Positions 54,109 through 61,789 of a DNA stretch of 64,000 nt are shown here, piece after piece. The stretch is taken from the IMG/VR virus record IMGVR_UViG_3300033571_019687, positions 69,875-133,874 of that record. One strand, written 5' to 3'. The position numbers were made by a program, and so were the translations under genes. The stretch comes from a virus. Within the stretch, counting starts at the first letter, position 1; every line of letters begins with the position of its first letter. A model generated the notes under the pieces. It saw nothing but the letters and a program-made list of their open reading frames with translations. It was not told the DNA's origin and made no database searches.

Positions 54109-55119
54109 ATGATATACTACTTTACACCTAACCATAGTAAACCGTCTGGAGGTATTAGATATTTATTACGTCATGCTCTGATTGCATCAGAGACTAATGA
54201 GGTAACGCTTTTAATACCAAAGCTTATTGATCCTAATACAGGGTTACCTCAATTATTTGAACCTAAATGGTTGTATTACAATATATCAAAACTTAATATA
54301 ACCTATATTGATTTAAATAAGGATTGGTTTTCTATAATCAAAGCAAACGATACCTTGGTATTACCAGAAGGTATAGGTGATATTATAACAGTTTTAAGCA
54401 AACATAAATGCAACAAAGTTGTTTTGGCCCAAAGTTGGGTTTATATTGTAAATTCATTTATGCGGTTTAATTATAGACCTTGGAGTGATTTTGGTGTTAC
54501 TAAGGTTATCAGTATTAGTTCTGGTATAACTGATTATATAAAAACTTTAATGCCAAAAATAGATGTTTTGACAGTAACACAAGGTATAGATCATGAAGTA
54601 TTTGCTCAACAAGATTCAGATGTAATTAAGTGGCATCAAAGTGATGATGATGTCGTTAATGTTTGTTATACTCAAAATAGGGGTCCAGAAAGTGAATGGA
54701 AGATTAAGTCTCTAATGGAGCAGGTTAGAGCAAATAATCCTAATATTCGTTTTACTAGATTAACTGGATTAAATCAATTAGATTATGCTAAATATTTGAG
54801 AGAAGCCGATGTATTCTTATTTACTGATGATATAGCCGGATTTGGTACACAACCGATTGAAGCGATGGCATCCGGTACGTTAGTATTAGGGTTTAAAAGT
54901 AAATTTAATTCAATATATACGGAAGATGATAATGGTTTTTGGTGCGATAATGGTAATTATGAACAATTATTAGATATGTTTAAAATTTTTAGCATACCAC
55001 AAGTGACAAAAGATTTAGCAGAATGGAAGATTGGTAATGGTTTAGAAACCAGTCGTAAATTTACAATGGATATAGAAAGATCTGAAATAATAAAATCATT
55101 AAAGTGGATTACAGAATGA
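54109..55119 (+). CDS. GT-B (GT4-like) glycosyltransferase
   Basis: PSGGIR N-terminus; EADVFL...GFGTQPIEAMASG.LV motif. Confidence 0.82.
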   Translation: MIYYFTPNHSKPSGGIRYLLRHALIASETNEVTLLIPKLIDPNTGLPQLFEPKWLYYNISKLNITYIDLNKDWFSIIKANDTLVLPEGIGDIITVLSKHKCNKVVLAQSWVYIVNSFMRFNYRPWSDFGVTKVISISSGITDYIKTLMPKIDVLTVTQGIDHEVFAQQDSDVIKWHQSDDDVVNVCYTQNRGPESEWKIKSLMEQVRANNPNIRFTRLTGLNQLDYAKYLREADVFLFTDDIAGFGTQPIEAMASGTLVLGFKSKFNSIYTEDDNGFWCDNGNYEQLLDMFKIFSIPQVTKDLAEWKIGNGLETSRKFTMDIERSEIIKSLKWITE

Positions 55120-55796
55120 ATTTACTTATAAAATTTCCAACTAGACAGCGACCAGATACATTCATTAGAGTATTGGGATTATATAGAAGCCATTTAAGCG
55201 GTCTTAATAGAGTTAAGTTTTTGATTAGTTGTGATAATGATGATCCAACAACTAATAATGATAATTTTAGGAAACGTGTACATAAAGTATTATCAGATAT
55301 AGAATATGAAATTGATTATGCTGATAATAAAAACAAAATACAAGCAATAAATGCCGGACTAACCTCAGAACGATTAGATGGATTTGATGTAATACTTTTA
55401 GCATCAGATGATATGATTCCGGTAAAATATGATTATGATGATTATATTGCAGAAGATTTTGAAGAACATTTCCCTGACTATGATGGTGTATTATGGTACA
55501 ATGATGGGTACCAAGCTAAAAATTTGAATACATTACCTATATTAGGTGTTAAGTATTTTAATAGATTTGGTTATATTTATCACCCATCTTATTATTCTTT
55601 ATGGTGTGATAATGAGTTTATGGATGTTGCAAGTATTTTACATAAACAGGTTTATATAGATGAGATTATAATTAATCATCAACATCCGGTTTGGACTAAT
55701 CAACCTTGGGATGATTTACAAAAGAAAAACGATATGTTTAATAATACAGATCGTGAAAACTATTATAAAAGAAAATCAAACAATTTTGACCTATGA
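55104..55796 (+). CDS. GT-A (GT2-like) glycosyltransferase
   Basis: FPTRQRP, CDNDD, K..AIN.G, ILLASDD (DxD-like), WCDNEF, IINHQHP. Confidence 0.72.
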   Translation: MDYRMNLLIKFPTRQRPDTFIRVLGLYRSHLSGLNRVKFLISCDNDDPTTNNDNFRKRVHKVLSDIEYEIDYADNKNKIQAINAGLTSERLDGFDVILLASDDMIPVKYDYDDYIAEDFEEHFPDYDGVLWYNDGYQAKNLNTLPILGVKYFNRFGYIYHPSYYSLWCDNEFMDVASILHKQVYIDEIIINHQHPVWTNQPWDDLQKKNDMFNNTDRENYYKRKSNNFDL

Positions 55797-56371
55797 GCAT
55801 TTATAGCATACCAACAGTACCTGAATACAGTAATACTAACTTAATCAATGTAGATATTTTTTCAAAACTATTAAAAAATAGAGAAATCCTTTGTTTCGGT
55901 GAAATATCACAAGAAACATCTATAATGATTAATAGTCAATTACTTTACTTAGATTCTGTAAGCGATGATCCAATCACGATTTACCTTAATTCGGGGGGAG
56001 GATCGGTTTATGATGGTTTAGCCATAATAGATACGATGCGTTATATTACTTCGGATGTTAAGATTGTATGTACTGGAGTATGTGCATCTATGGCAGCAGT
56101 TATATTAGCATCTGGTGATCAAAGATATGCAACCCCTAATTCACGAATTATGCTACATCAGGTAAGCACTGGTGATTATGGTAATATAAATGATCTTAAT
56201 GTTACTATAAAGGCAACAAATGAATTAAATGATCTAATTACAAGTATAATGTCTGATACTATGGGTATCACCAAAAGAAAGTATAAGTCATTAACTAATA
56301 GAGATCTTTGGCTTACACCAAAAGATGCTATTAAATATAGAATAATTGATGGGATACAAATATCTAAGTAA
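55793..56371 (+). CDS. clpP: ClpP-like serine protease subunit
   Basis: LNSGGGSV..GLAI.D, CASMAA (Ser), IMLHQ (His), RDLW (Asp). Confidence 0.92.
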   Translation: MSIYSIPTVPEYSNTNLINVDIFSKLLKNREILCFGEISQETSIMINSQLLYLDSVSDDPITIYLNSGGGSVYDGLAIIDTMRYITSDVKIVCTGVCASMAAVILASGDQRYATPNSRIMLHQVSTGDYGNINDLNVTIKATNELNDLITSIMSDTMGITKRKYKSLTNRDLWLTPKDAIKYRIIDGIQISK

Positions 56372-56778
56372 TGGTAAAAATCAAAACATCTGGATTTAAA
56401 CTTGATGATGAAATAAAAGAGGGTTTACAATTATTCGTTGACTTTATTATAGAAAAATTGAAGATAAAGTCAGAACCAAGCATTATTTTATCAGATGTTG
56501 AAAACAAAGATAAATATGGTATAGTAACGAGTGCCTTAGTTGAATTAAGTACTAATGAAGTTAGATTAATAGCTAAGAATAGGATGTTTTTAGATGTTAT
56601 TAGATCTATTGCCCATGAGTTTGTTCATATTAAACAAAATGAACAAAATAGAGTTAAAAGTGATACACCAGATGTTGGTGGACAAATTGAAGATGAAGCA
56701 AATAGTTTAGCCGGTGTGTATGTTAAACTTTTTATTTACAAGTTAAATGGTAACGATGTTATATATAAAGTCGTTTAA
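56371..56778 (+). CDS. HExxH metallopeptidase-like protein
   Basis: RSIAHEFVHIKQ...EDEAN. Confidence 0.65.
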   Translation: MVKIKTSGFKLDDEIKEGLQLFVDFIIEKLKIKSEPSIILSDVENKDKYGIVTSALVELSTNEVRLIAKNRMFLDVIRSIAHEFVHIKQNEQNRVKSDTPDVGGQIEDEANSLAGVYVKLFIYKLNGNDVIYKVV

Positions 56779-56803
56779 TTTGAGCTATTTAAAATAAAAA
56801 GTC

Positions 56804-57772
56804 ATGGAATTAACACTTAATGGTAATATAGCAAAAATTAAAATTGATACATTAAAACAACCACTTAATGAATCTATTAATTCATATAATTTACTTGATG
56901 TTAAATCTTTAATTCTCAAAGAAATTAACGATAACAATTTATCTGTAATTGATTATGATTTTATGGATACATTTGATGGGGAGGAAGTTGATGTTGAAGT
57001 AAGGCATAAAACACCGCAAGAGTTAGAAGAAGAACTTTTTGAGGAAATGGATAATCAGGTTAATCCAAATACATTTGGTATGACCAGACTTGCAAAAGAT
57101 GCCGATCCTAAAAAGATCGACGTAATCATGAAAAATACTTTTGCCGCTAAATTAGCTGATTATACATTAAAAAGCGATGTAGGTAATTGGGAAGTTAAAC
57201 AGGTAAAAAACACTGATGGGAAACTTGAGGTTGTTTGGTATTCAAAAGAACAAGAACAGATCACATTAAGTTCGGTATTTTTTACCAAAGAATCCAATAA
57301 AATTAAAAATACTATCATGGATAGAGGAACACCTTTATACACTGATTACTTTGAGATATATAGAATTCCATTAGATTACCCAACAGCTTTGAAATTGTTT
57401 AAAAAGAGTTATTTCCCATTATTAAAAAACTTTATAAACACAATTGTAGTTAGATTAAGACCGTTTAATAGGCAGTTTGTGTTTTGGCATACCAATAACC
57501 CCAACTTTAGTTATTCGTTTTCTTCACCTAAAAAGAACAAAGTATTGTTAGGTCTTATTAACTTTATATCAACAACTCAAAGACCTATTCTTGACGATTT
57601 CTTTGAACAAAACAACTTAAGACATAAACAAGGTTATTTACAGAATCTACTTGATGCTGCCGAAGCTGCTGGTATTTTTGAATTCAAGAGAACCGGAAAT
57701 GAGATTTTGATTGTTAGAGGTATAAACTATCAGACATTTTTGGATGGTAAATTAAGAAGAATTCAAACTTAA
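56804..57772 (+). CDS. Hypothetical protein, possibly head-associated
   Basis: LNES motif; CTATTTA 12 nt upstream. Confidence 0.55.
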   Translation: MELTLNGNIAKIKIDTLKQPLNESINSYNLLDVKSLILKEINDNNLSVIDYDFMDTFDGEEVDVEVRHKTPQELEEELFEEMDNQVNPNTFGMTRLAKDADPKKIDVIMKNTFAAKLADYTLKSDVGNWEVKQVKNTDGKLEVVWYSKEQEQITLSSVFFTKESNKIKNTIMDRGTPLYTDYFEIYRIPLDYPTALKLFKKSYFPLLKNFINTIVVRLRPFNRQFVFWHTNNPNFSYSFSSPKKNKVLLGLINFISTTQRPILDDFFEQNNLRHKQGYLQNLLDAAEAAGIFEFKRTGNEILIVRGINYQTFLDGKLRRIQT

Positions 57773-57835
57773 TTTTGTTTTTTCAAATTCTCATATTATA
57801 TTGGTATTAATAACATTAACTATTAATACGTTTAT

Positions 57836-59341
57836 ATGCAACAATTCGAGACCATAGCTGATTTAGTAAAGAATAATGTAGACCTACTTTTGCAATATGA
57901 AAAAGATGGTTACAATAAAACTCAAATGGCAAATGCACTACTTGCTACGCATAATACTGATTTTGATCCAGAATCTGTCAGAAAAGCAATCTCTAGGTAT
58001 TTAAACAAATATCATATAGAAAAGATTGAGGAAAATGATGATGAACAAAATCTGGAACAAGAATTAAAAGATGAGTTTACAAAAGATGAATTAGATAGTC
58101 TTAAGGTAAATTATGAGTATGGTGAAAAATTCCATTATGACGAAAAAAATGATGCTTATATATTTTATATTAGAGGCAGAGTTTTAAGATTTAATGGGAT
58201 TGCTATAAGAGCTATGAAAGATAGCTATAGTAATTTAGTAAGTCGTGGGTTGACTATAAATCAAATATGTGCTGCTTATGAAATACCTCGTGATATTTTT
58301 ACTAGAATTAAAACTTATCTTGGTTGGACAAAAGATTCTTTACCTTTAACTAATGAAGAATTAATTGATGTAGATGTTGATCAAGTAACAGATGATTTAG
58401 TTCAAAAGAAAATATTTAGCATTTCTCAAAAGTATAATCAGAAACTAACCAAATATACAGAAGATGCTGCCGCTAAATATATTAGTTTAACTACAAACGA
58501 ATTAAATCCATTTATATCACTAATTAATAAGGCTCAAGAAAATTATCAAAGACCAACATTTGTATTAAGTCAACATAAAGAAACTGCACTTGTTATATCA
58601 CCATTTGATTTACATTACGGTAAATATGCTTGGTTTGGTGAAACTAATGATACCTATAATAGAGATATTGCTAGAAAGAGATTAATTGAAAGTACCAATA
58701 AATTATTATCAGATGCAAAAATCTATAACCCAGAAAAAATTATTGTACCTATCGGTAGTGATTTTTTCCATATAGATAAACCAGAAAAAACCACAACTGC
58801 CGGTACACCACAAGACACTGATGGTACTTATGTACAAATTATGGTTGAAGGTAATATGTTGATGGTTGATTTTATTGAATTATTAAGACAAGTTGCACCA
58901 GTTGAATTATATTTAGCAGCAGGTAACCATGATTATAATTCATCTATAATGTTGCAACAATATTTATCCGCATATTATAAAGATACTGCTGATGTAACAG
59001 TATTCAATATGCAAACAAATAGACAGTATTCATTATATGGTGAAACCTTATTAGGGTTTACACATGGTGATACTGCCAAAATGAAAGACTTACCTATGCT
59101 TATGGCAAATGAGGCCAAAGATATGTGGTCAAAAGCAAAAAATAAAGCATTTTTTGTTGGTCACTTACATAGCGAAAAAGTTGTCGATGCATCCGGGGTT
59201 AAAGTTTATCAAATGCCATCATTATCAGGATCTGATAGGTGGCACCATAATAACGGTTATATCGGATCAGTAAAAGGTATGGCAGCATACGTTGTTGATA
59301 AAACCGAAGGAATTAAAGTAACAATTTTATCTAATTTATAA
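57836..59341 (+). CDS. N-terminal helical/HTH-like region fused to a calcineurin-like metallophosphoesterase
   Basis: DLHYG, GSDFFH, GNHD, HGD, GHLH. Confidence 0.75.
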   Translation: MQQFETIADLVKNNVDLLLQYEKDGYNKTQMANALLATHNTDFDPESVRKAISRYLNKYHIEKIEENDDEQNLEQELKDEFTKDELDSLKVNYEYGEKFHYDEKNDAYIFYIRGRVLRFNGIAIRAMKDSYSNLVSRGLTINQICAAYEIPRDIFTRIKTYLGWTKDSLPLTNEELIDVDVDQVTDDLVQKKIFSISQKYNQKLTKYTEDAAAKYISLTTNELNPFISLINKAQENYQRPTFVLSQHKETALVISPFDLHYGKYAWFGETNDTYNRDIARKRLIESTNKLLSDAKIYNPEKIIVPIGSDFFHIDKPEKTTTAGTPQDTDGTYVQIMVEGNMLMVDFIELLRQVAPVELYLAAGNHDYNSSIMLQQYLSAYYKDTADVTVFNMQTNRQYSLYGETLLGFTHGDTAKMKDLPMLMANEAKDMWSKAKNKAFFVGHLHSEKVVDASGVKVYQMPSLSGSDRWHHNNGYIGSVKGMAAYVVDKTEGIKVTILSNL

Positions 59342-59346
59342 ACATC

Positions 59347-59556
59347 ATGGAAACACTAAAAAATATCTTCAATCTAGTTTTTAATAGATCATTAACAAAT
59401 AATCTTATTGCTGCTGCAATTTTAGTAATATCAAGTTTACTCTTATTGTTTAACGTTATTACTCTTACTGGGGCATTTATAATGAATTTATACCCTATTA
59501 GTTTATTTCTAGTAAATTTTGTTAGAATGTTGTTAACATTAGTTAAAAAGAATTGA
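59347..59556 (+). CDS. Small membrane protein
   Basis: Two hydrophobic segments. Confidence 0.5.
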   Translation: METLKNIFNLVFNRSLTNNLIAAAILVISSLLLLFNVITLTGAFIMNLYPISLFLVNFVRMLLTLVKKN

Positions 59557-60056
59557 TTATGGCTAAAAATAAAAATACCGAAAATAAAGTTGTAGATGTC
59601 ACTAAACTTGTATTTAAGAAAGCTGATGGTACTAAAATACCTGATATAGTATCTTATGTAGATGATTGGCGATTAACACACCCCAATTCAGAATTATTTA
59701 TAGGTTGTGACTCTATTGATAAAAAGTACATGACAAAATACTCAATAGCTATTGTTATGTATGATAAAGGTAAAGGTGGTCACGTAGTAACTGCTGAAAC
59801 AGAAGATAAAGGTAATATGGAAATCATGCAAAGATTATGGCCTGAAATTGAACAATCTGTTAATACAGCAAAACTATTGGAACAACTAAATATACCAATA
59901 ACTATACATATTGATTACAATAATGAGAAAACTTATAAAAGTAATCAATTATTAGATGCAGCTATCGGGTATGCAAATTCAGTAGGATTTAAAGCGGAAG
60001 GTAAACCTAATGCACCAGCAGCTTCTTACGCAGCAGATAAAAATTGTAGAAAATAG
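59553..60056 (+). CDS. RNase H-like YkuK family protein
   Basis: LFIGCDS, RLW.E...S, IHIDYN, KP.A.AASYAAD. Confidence 0.75.
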   Translation: MIMAKNKNTENKVVDVTKLVFKKADGTKIPDIVSYVDDWRLTHPNSELFIGCDSIDKKYMTKYSIAIVMYDKGKGGHVVTAETEDKGNMEIMQRLWPEIEQSVNTAKLLEQLNIPITIHIDYNNEKTYKSNQLLDAAIGYANSVGFKAEGKPNAPAASYAADKNCRK

Positions 60057-60107
60057 TTGAACTTTTTACAAATCACTACTATTTATATCTAAACAGTAAT
60101 AATACAA

Positions 60108-60203
60108 ATGTTCCATAATAAACATATCGTTAATGTAATCAATCCGGATAATAACGGGGATTATAGAGGTATGTGCTTAGGGGGCGGCACAATTATAACC
60201 TAG
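60108..60203 (+). CDS. 31-aa small ORF (MFHNKHIVNVINPDNNGDYRGMCLGGGTIIT)
   Basis: Translated by hand; CTATTTA upstream, TAG-TAG-TAA stops, terminator downstream. Below the track cutoff. Confidence 0.4.
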   Translation: MFHNKHIVNVINPDNNGDYRGMCLGGGTIIT

Positions 60204-60229
60204 TAGTAAAAAAAACTGCAAATATAATA

Positions 60230-60272
60230 AAAATCCCCGAAGATACCAAACATTTTCGGGGATTTTTATTTT
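60230..60272 (+). terminator. Intrinsic terminator insulating the tRNA locus
   Basis: AAAATCCCCGAA / TTCGGGGATTTT stem plus T-run. Confidence 0.85.
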
Positions 60273-60281
60273 TGGGTAAAA

Positions 60282-60313
60282 TTTGGAAGTTACGATACCT
60301 TATACTATATTTG
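60282..60313 (+). promoter_or_regulatory. Bacteroidota promoter P1
   Basis: TTTG, 20 nt, TATATTTG. Confidence 0.8.
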
Positions 60314-60366
60314 CAACATGAAACCGAAAGCGGATGAGCCTAGGTGAAAAAAAAAGTGAAAAAATA

Positions 60367-60398
60367 TTTGGTGGTACCAAAAACTTCACTTATATTTG
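60367..60398 (+). promoter_or_regulatory. Bacteroidota promoter P2
   Basis: TTTG, 20 nt, TATATTTG; A-tract upstream. Confidence 0.82.
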
Positions 60399-60432
60399 CA
60401 TCATCAAATCCGAACGAGGAAATGATTAACAT

Positions 60433-60508
60433 GGTGAACATAAGTTAATAGGAATAAACTGCTAGACTGTGAATCTGGTAAATGCGAGTTCGAGTCTCGT
60501 TGTTCACC
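60433..60508 (+). tRNA. tRNA-His(GTG) with encoded G-1
   Basis: G-GTGAACA / TGTTCAC-C acceptor, loop CTGTGAA, T-loop TTCGAGT. Confidence 0.9.
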
Positions 60509-60529
60509 CAAAAAAAAACTTGACAAAAA

Positions 60530-60561
60530 TTTGGATAAGTGAAAATCTTACCTTATATTTG
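60530..60561 (+). promoter_or_regulatory. Bacteroidota promoter P3
   Basis: TTTG, 20 nt, TATATTTG. Confidence 0.82.
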
Positions 60562-60610
60562 CAAGACCAATGACAAAACGATGTCAACGGTAAAAAAAGT
60601 TGAAAAAAGT

Positions 60611-60642
60611 TTTGGTAATTCAAAAAATTATTCTTAACTTTG
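60611..60642 (+). promoter_or_regulatory. Bacteroidota promoter P4
   Basis: TTTG, 20 nt, TAACTTTG. Confidence 0.82.
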
Positions 60643-60673
60643 CAAAACAGAAATCAAATACGACTGATTTCAT

Positions 60674-60687
60674 AAGTTCTTTGACAT
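60674..60687 (+). promoter_or_regulatory. boxA-like antitermination element
   Basis: AAGTTCTTTGACAT resembles rrn boxA (TGCTCTTTAACA); about 30 nt downstream of P4. Confidence 0.55.
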
Positions 60688-60759
60688 AGCAGCAACTATA
60701 AGATGGTAGCTAAATATCGAAAGATGTTTGAGCAGTGATTCAAAGTCACATCCATCACA

Positions 60760-60886
60760 CTAGAATAGTTAAGATTAGATTTACATCTGGAAAATAAAAC
60801 TATCTAAAATTGTTTTTAAAAGGTTCAAGCCCTTTAACCGATAACTAATAGTTATCGTCGCTTAATCTATTCAATATTCTTTCTAG
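60760..60886 (+). ncRNA. TTACATC-family RNA copy A (Y-RNA-like)
   Basis: TTAGAT-TTACATC-[8 nt]-AAAACT-ATCTAA; T-arm-like AAAGG-TTCAAGC-CCTTT at 60819-60835; outer CTAGAA/TTCTAG. Confidence 0.6.
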
Positions 60887-60893
60887 TATTTAT

Positions 60894-60968
60894 GCAGTAA
60901 TAGCTCAGTTGGTTTAGAGTATTGTCCTTCCAAGTCAAGGGTCGTGGGTTCGAGCCCCACTTACTGCT
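60894..60968 (+). tRNA. tRNA-Gly(TCC)
   Basis: GCAGTAA / TTACTGC acceptor, loop CTTCCAA. Confidence 0.92.
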
Positions 60969-61044
60969 CAAAGATCATTCATTATTAATAATAATTGTGG
61001 AATAACATCTGTCAACTTATTAGTAATTTTGATCTTTATCTTAC

Positions 61045-61117
61045 GGTGGTAAGGTCAAATGGTTAAGATGTCTCACTGTCTATGAGTACGGAGCGGGTTC
61101 GACTCCCGTTATCACCG
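61045..61117 (+). tRNA. tRNA-Asp(GTC)
   Basis: GGTGGTA / TATCACC acceptor, loop CTGTCTA, G73. Confidence 0.9.
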
Positions 61118-61119
61118 CA

Positions 61120-61212
61120 TGAACTTGTGCCAAAATCTGCATCACTAGTTGCAGTACCTAATCAGGAGGTTATAAGCAGCGTAATTTAATACGCAAACGC
61201 CTGATAAGTTCA
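61120..61212 (+). ncRNA. Unidentified structured RNA
   Basis: TGAACTTGT / ATAAGTTCA closing stem, internal hairpins, possible ACCT/AGGT + TCAGG/CCTGA pseudoknot. Confidence 0.5.
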
Positions 61213-61220
61213 AAAACATC

Positions 61221-61291
61221 CTTGAGATAGCTCATTGGTAGAGTGTCATATTTGGTTATGACTGGTAGGTGGTTCGATTCCATCTCTCAAG
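61221..61291 (+). tRNA. tRNA-Pro-like (TGG) with a 6-nt anticodon loop
   Basis: Good acceptor, D and T arms; TCATA-TTTGGT-TATGA. Confidence 0.6.
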
Positions 61292-61293
61292 GC

Positions 61294-61367
61294 GCAGTAA
61301 TAGCTCAGTTGATTAGAGTATAACCTTGCCAAGGTTAGGGCCGTGGGTTTGAATCCCACTTACTGCT
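61294..61367 (+). tRNA. tRNA-Gly(GCC)
   Basis: Same acceptor as Gly(TCC); loop TTGCCAA; T-loop TTTGAAT. Confidence 0.85.
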
Positions 61368-61372
61368 CACAT

Positions 61373-61464
61373 ATGGTAAATATTGATTTACATCTGGAAA
61401 ATAAGGTTCGACTCCTTGTTTGCTACTATTAGGCAAATTATAATAATCAGTATAAAATTCCCAT
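61373..61464 (+). ncRNA. TTACATC-family RNA copy B (T-arm + closed acceptor-like stem cargo)
   Basis: ATATTGAT-TTACATC-[AAGG-TTCGACT-CCTT, GTTTGC..GCAAA]-AATA-ATCAGTAT. Confidence 0.7.
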
Positions 61465-61471
61465 GTATTAC

Positions 61472-61546
61472 ACTCGCATAGCTCAGTAGGTTTAGAGCAT
61501 CTGACTGATACTCAGAAGGCCATAGGTTCGAGTCCTATTGTGAGTA
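61472..61546 (+). tRNA. tRNA-Ile(GAT)
   Basis: ACTCGCA / TGTGAGT acceptor, loop CTGATAC. Confidence 0.9.
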
Positions 61547-61550
61547 CAAC

Positions 61551-61709
61551 GTGTTAATTATCGCAAGAGATAACGCTTAATCATTTCCGACATATTTAAT
61601 GACTTTATGGGGGTTTTGTCATTAAATAGCAATTTGCGCTTTTGTTGTCCATAGTCGATGTTGAAGTTATTTGTTATTTTTAACTTGCGATCTCTTGCGG
61701 TTTTAACAC
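61551..61709 (+). ncRNA. Unidentified long multibranched hairpin RNA
   Basis: GTGTTAA/TTAACAC and TCGCAAGAGA/TCTCTTGCGG outer helices; TATTTAATGAC/GTCATTAAATA inner helix. Confidence 0.55.
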
Positions 61710-61715
61710 TATTTT

Positions 61716-61787
61716 GGTTCCATAGTTTAAAGGATAAAACTACTGGTTTCTACCCAGTCGTTGGGGGTTCGATTCCCTCTGGAACTA
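61716..61787 (+). tRNA. tRNA-Arg(TCT)
   Basis: GGTTCCA / TGGAACT acceptor, loop TTTCTAC. Confidence 0.9.
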
Positions 61788-61789
61788 CA

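Noticed and set aside
1903-57342. Short antisense or alternate-frame ORFs in the track (e.g. 1903-2175, 3054-3365, 12069-12284, 19676-20011, 37242-37577, 43536-43931, 57160-57342)
   Set aside because: Fully nested in well-supported genes, with hydrophobic shadow composition and no motifs or promoters.
57774-57804. Further Bacteroidota promoters (TTTG...TATATTGG at 57774; TATATTAG near 54084)
   Set aside because: The -7 box deviates from TAnnTTTG; plausible but not supportable without TSS data.
60970-61037. Seventh TTACATC-family copy (ATAACATC inside a long hairpin)
   Set aside because: The hairpin is real, but the core deviates and the AAAAC partner strand is missing. At most a degenerate relative.
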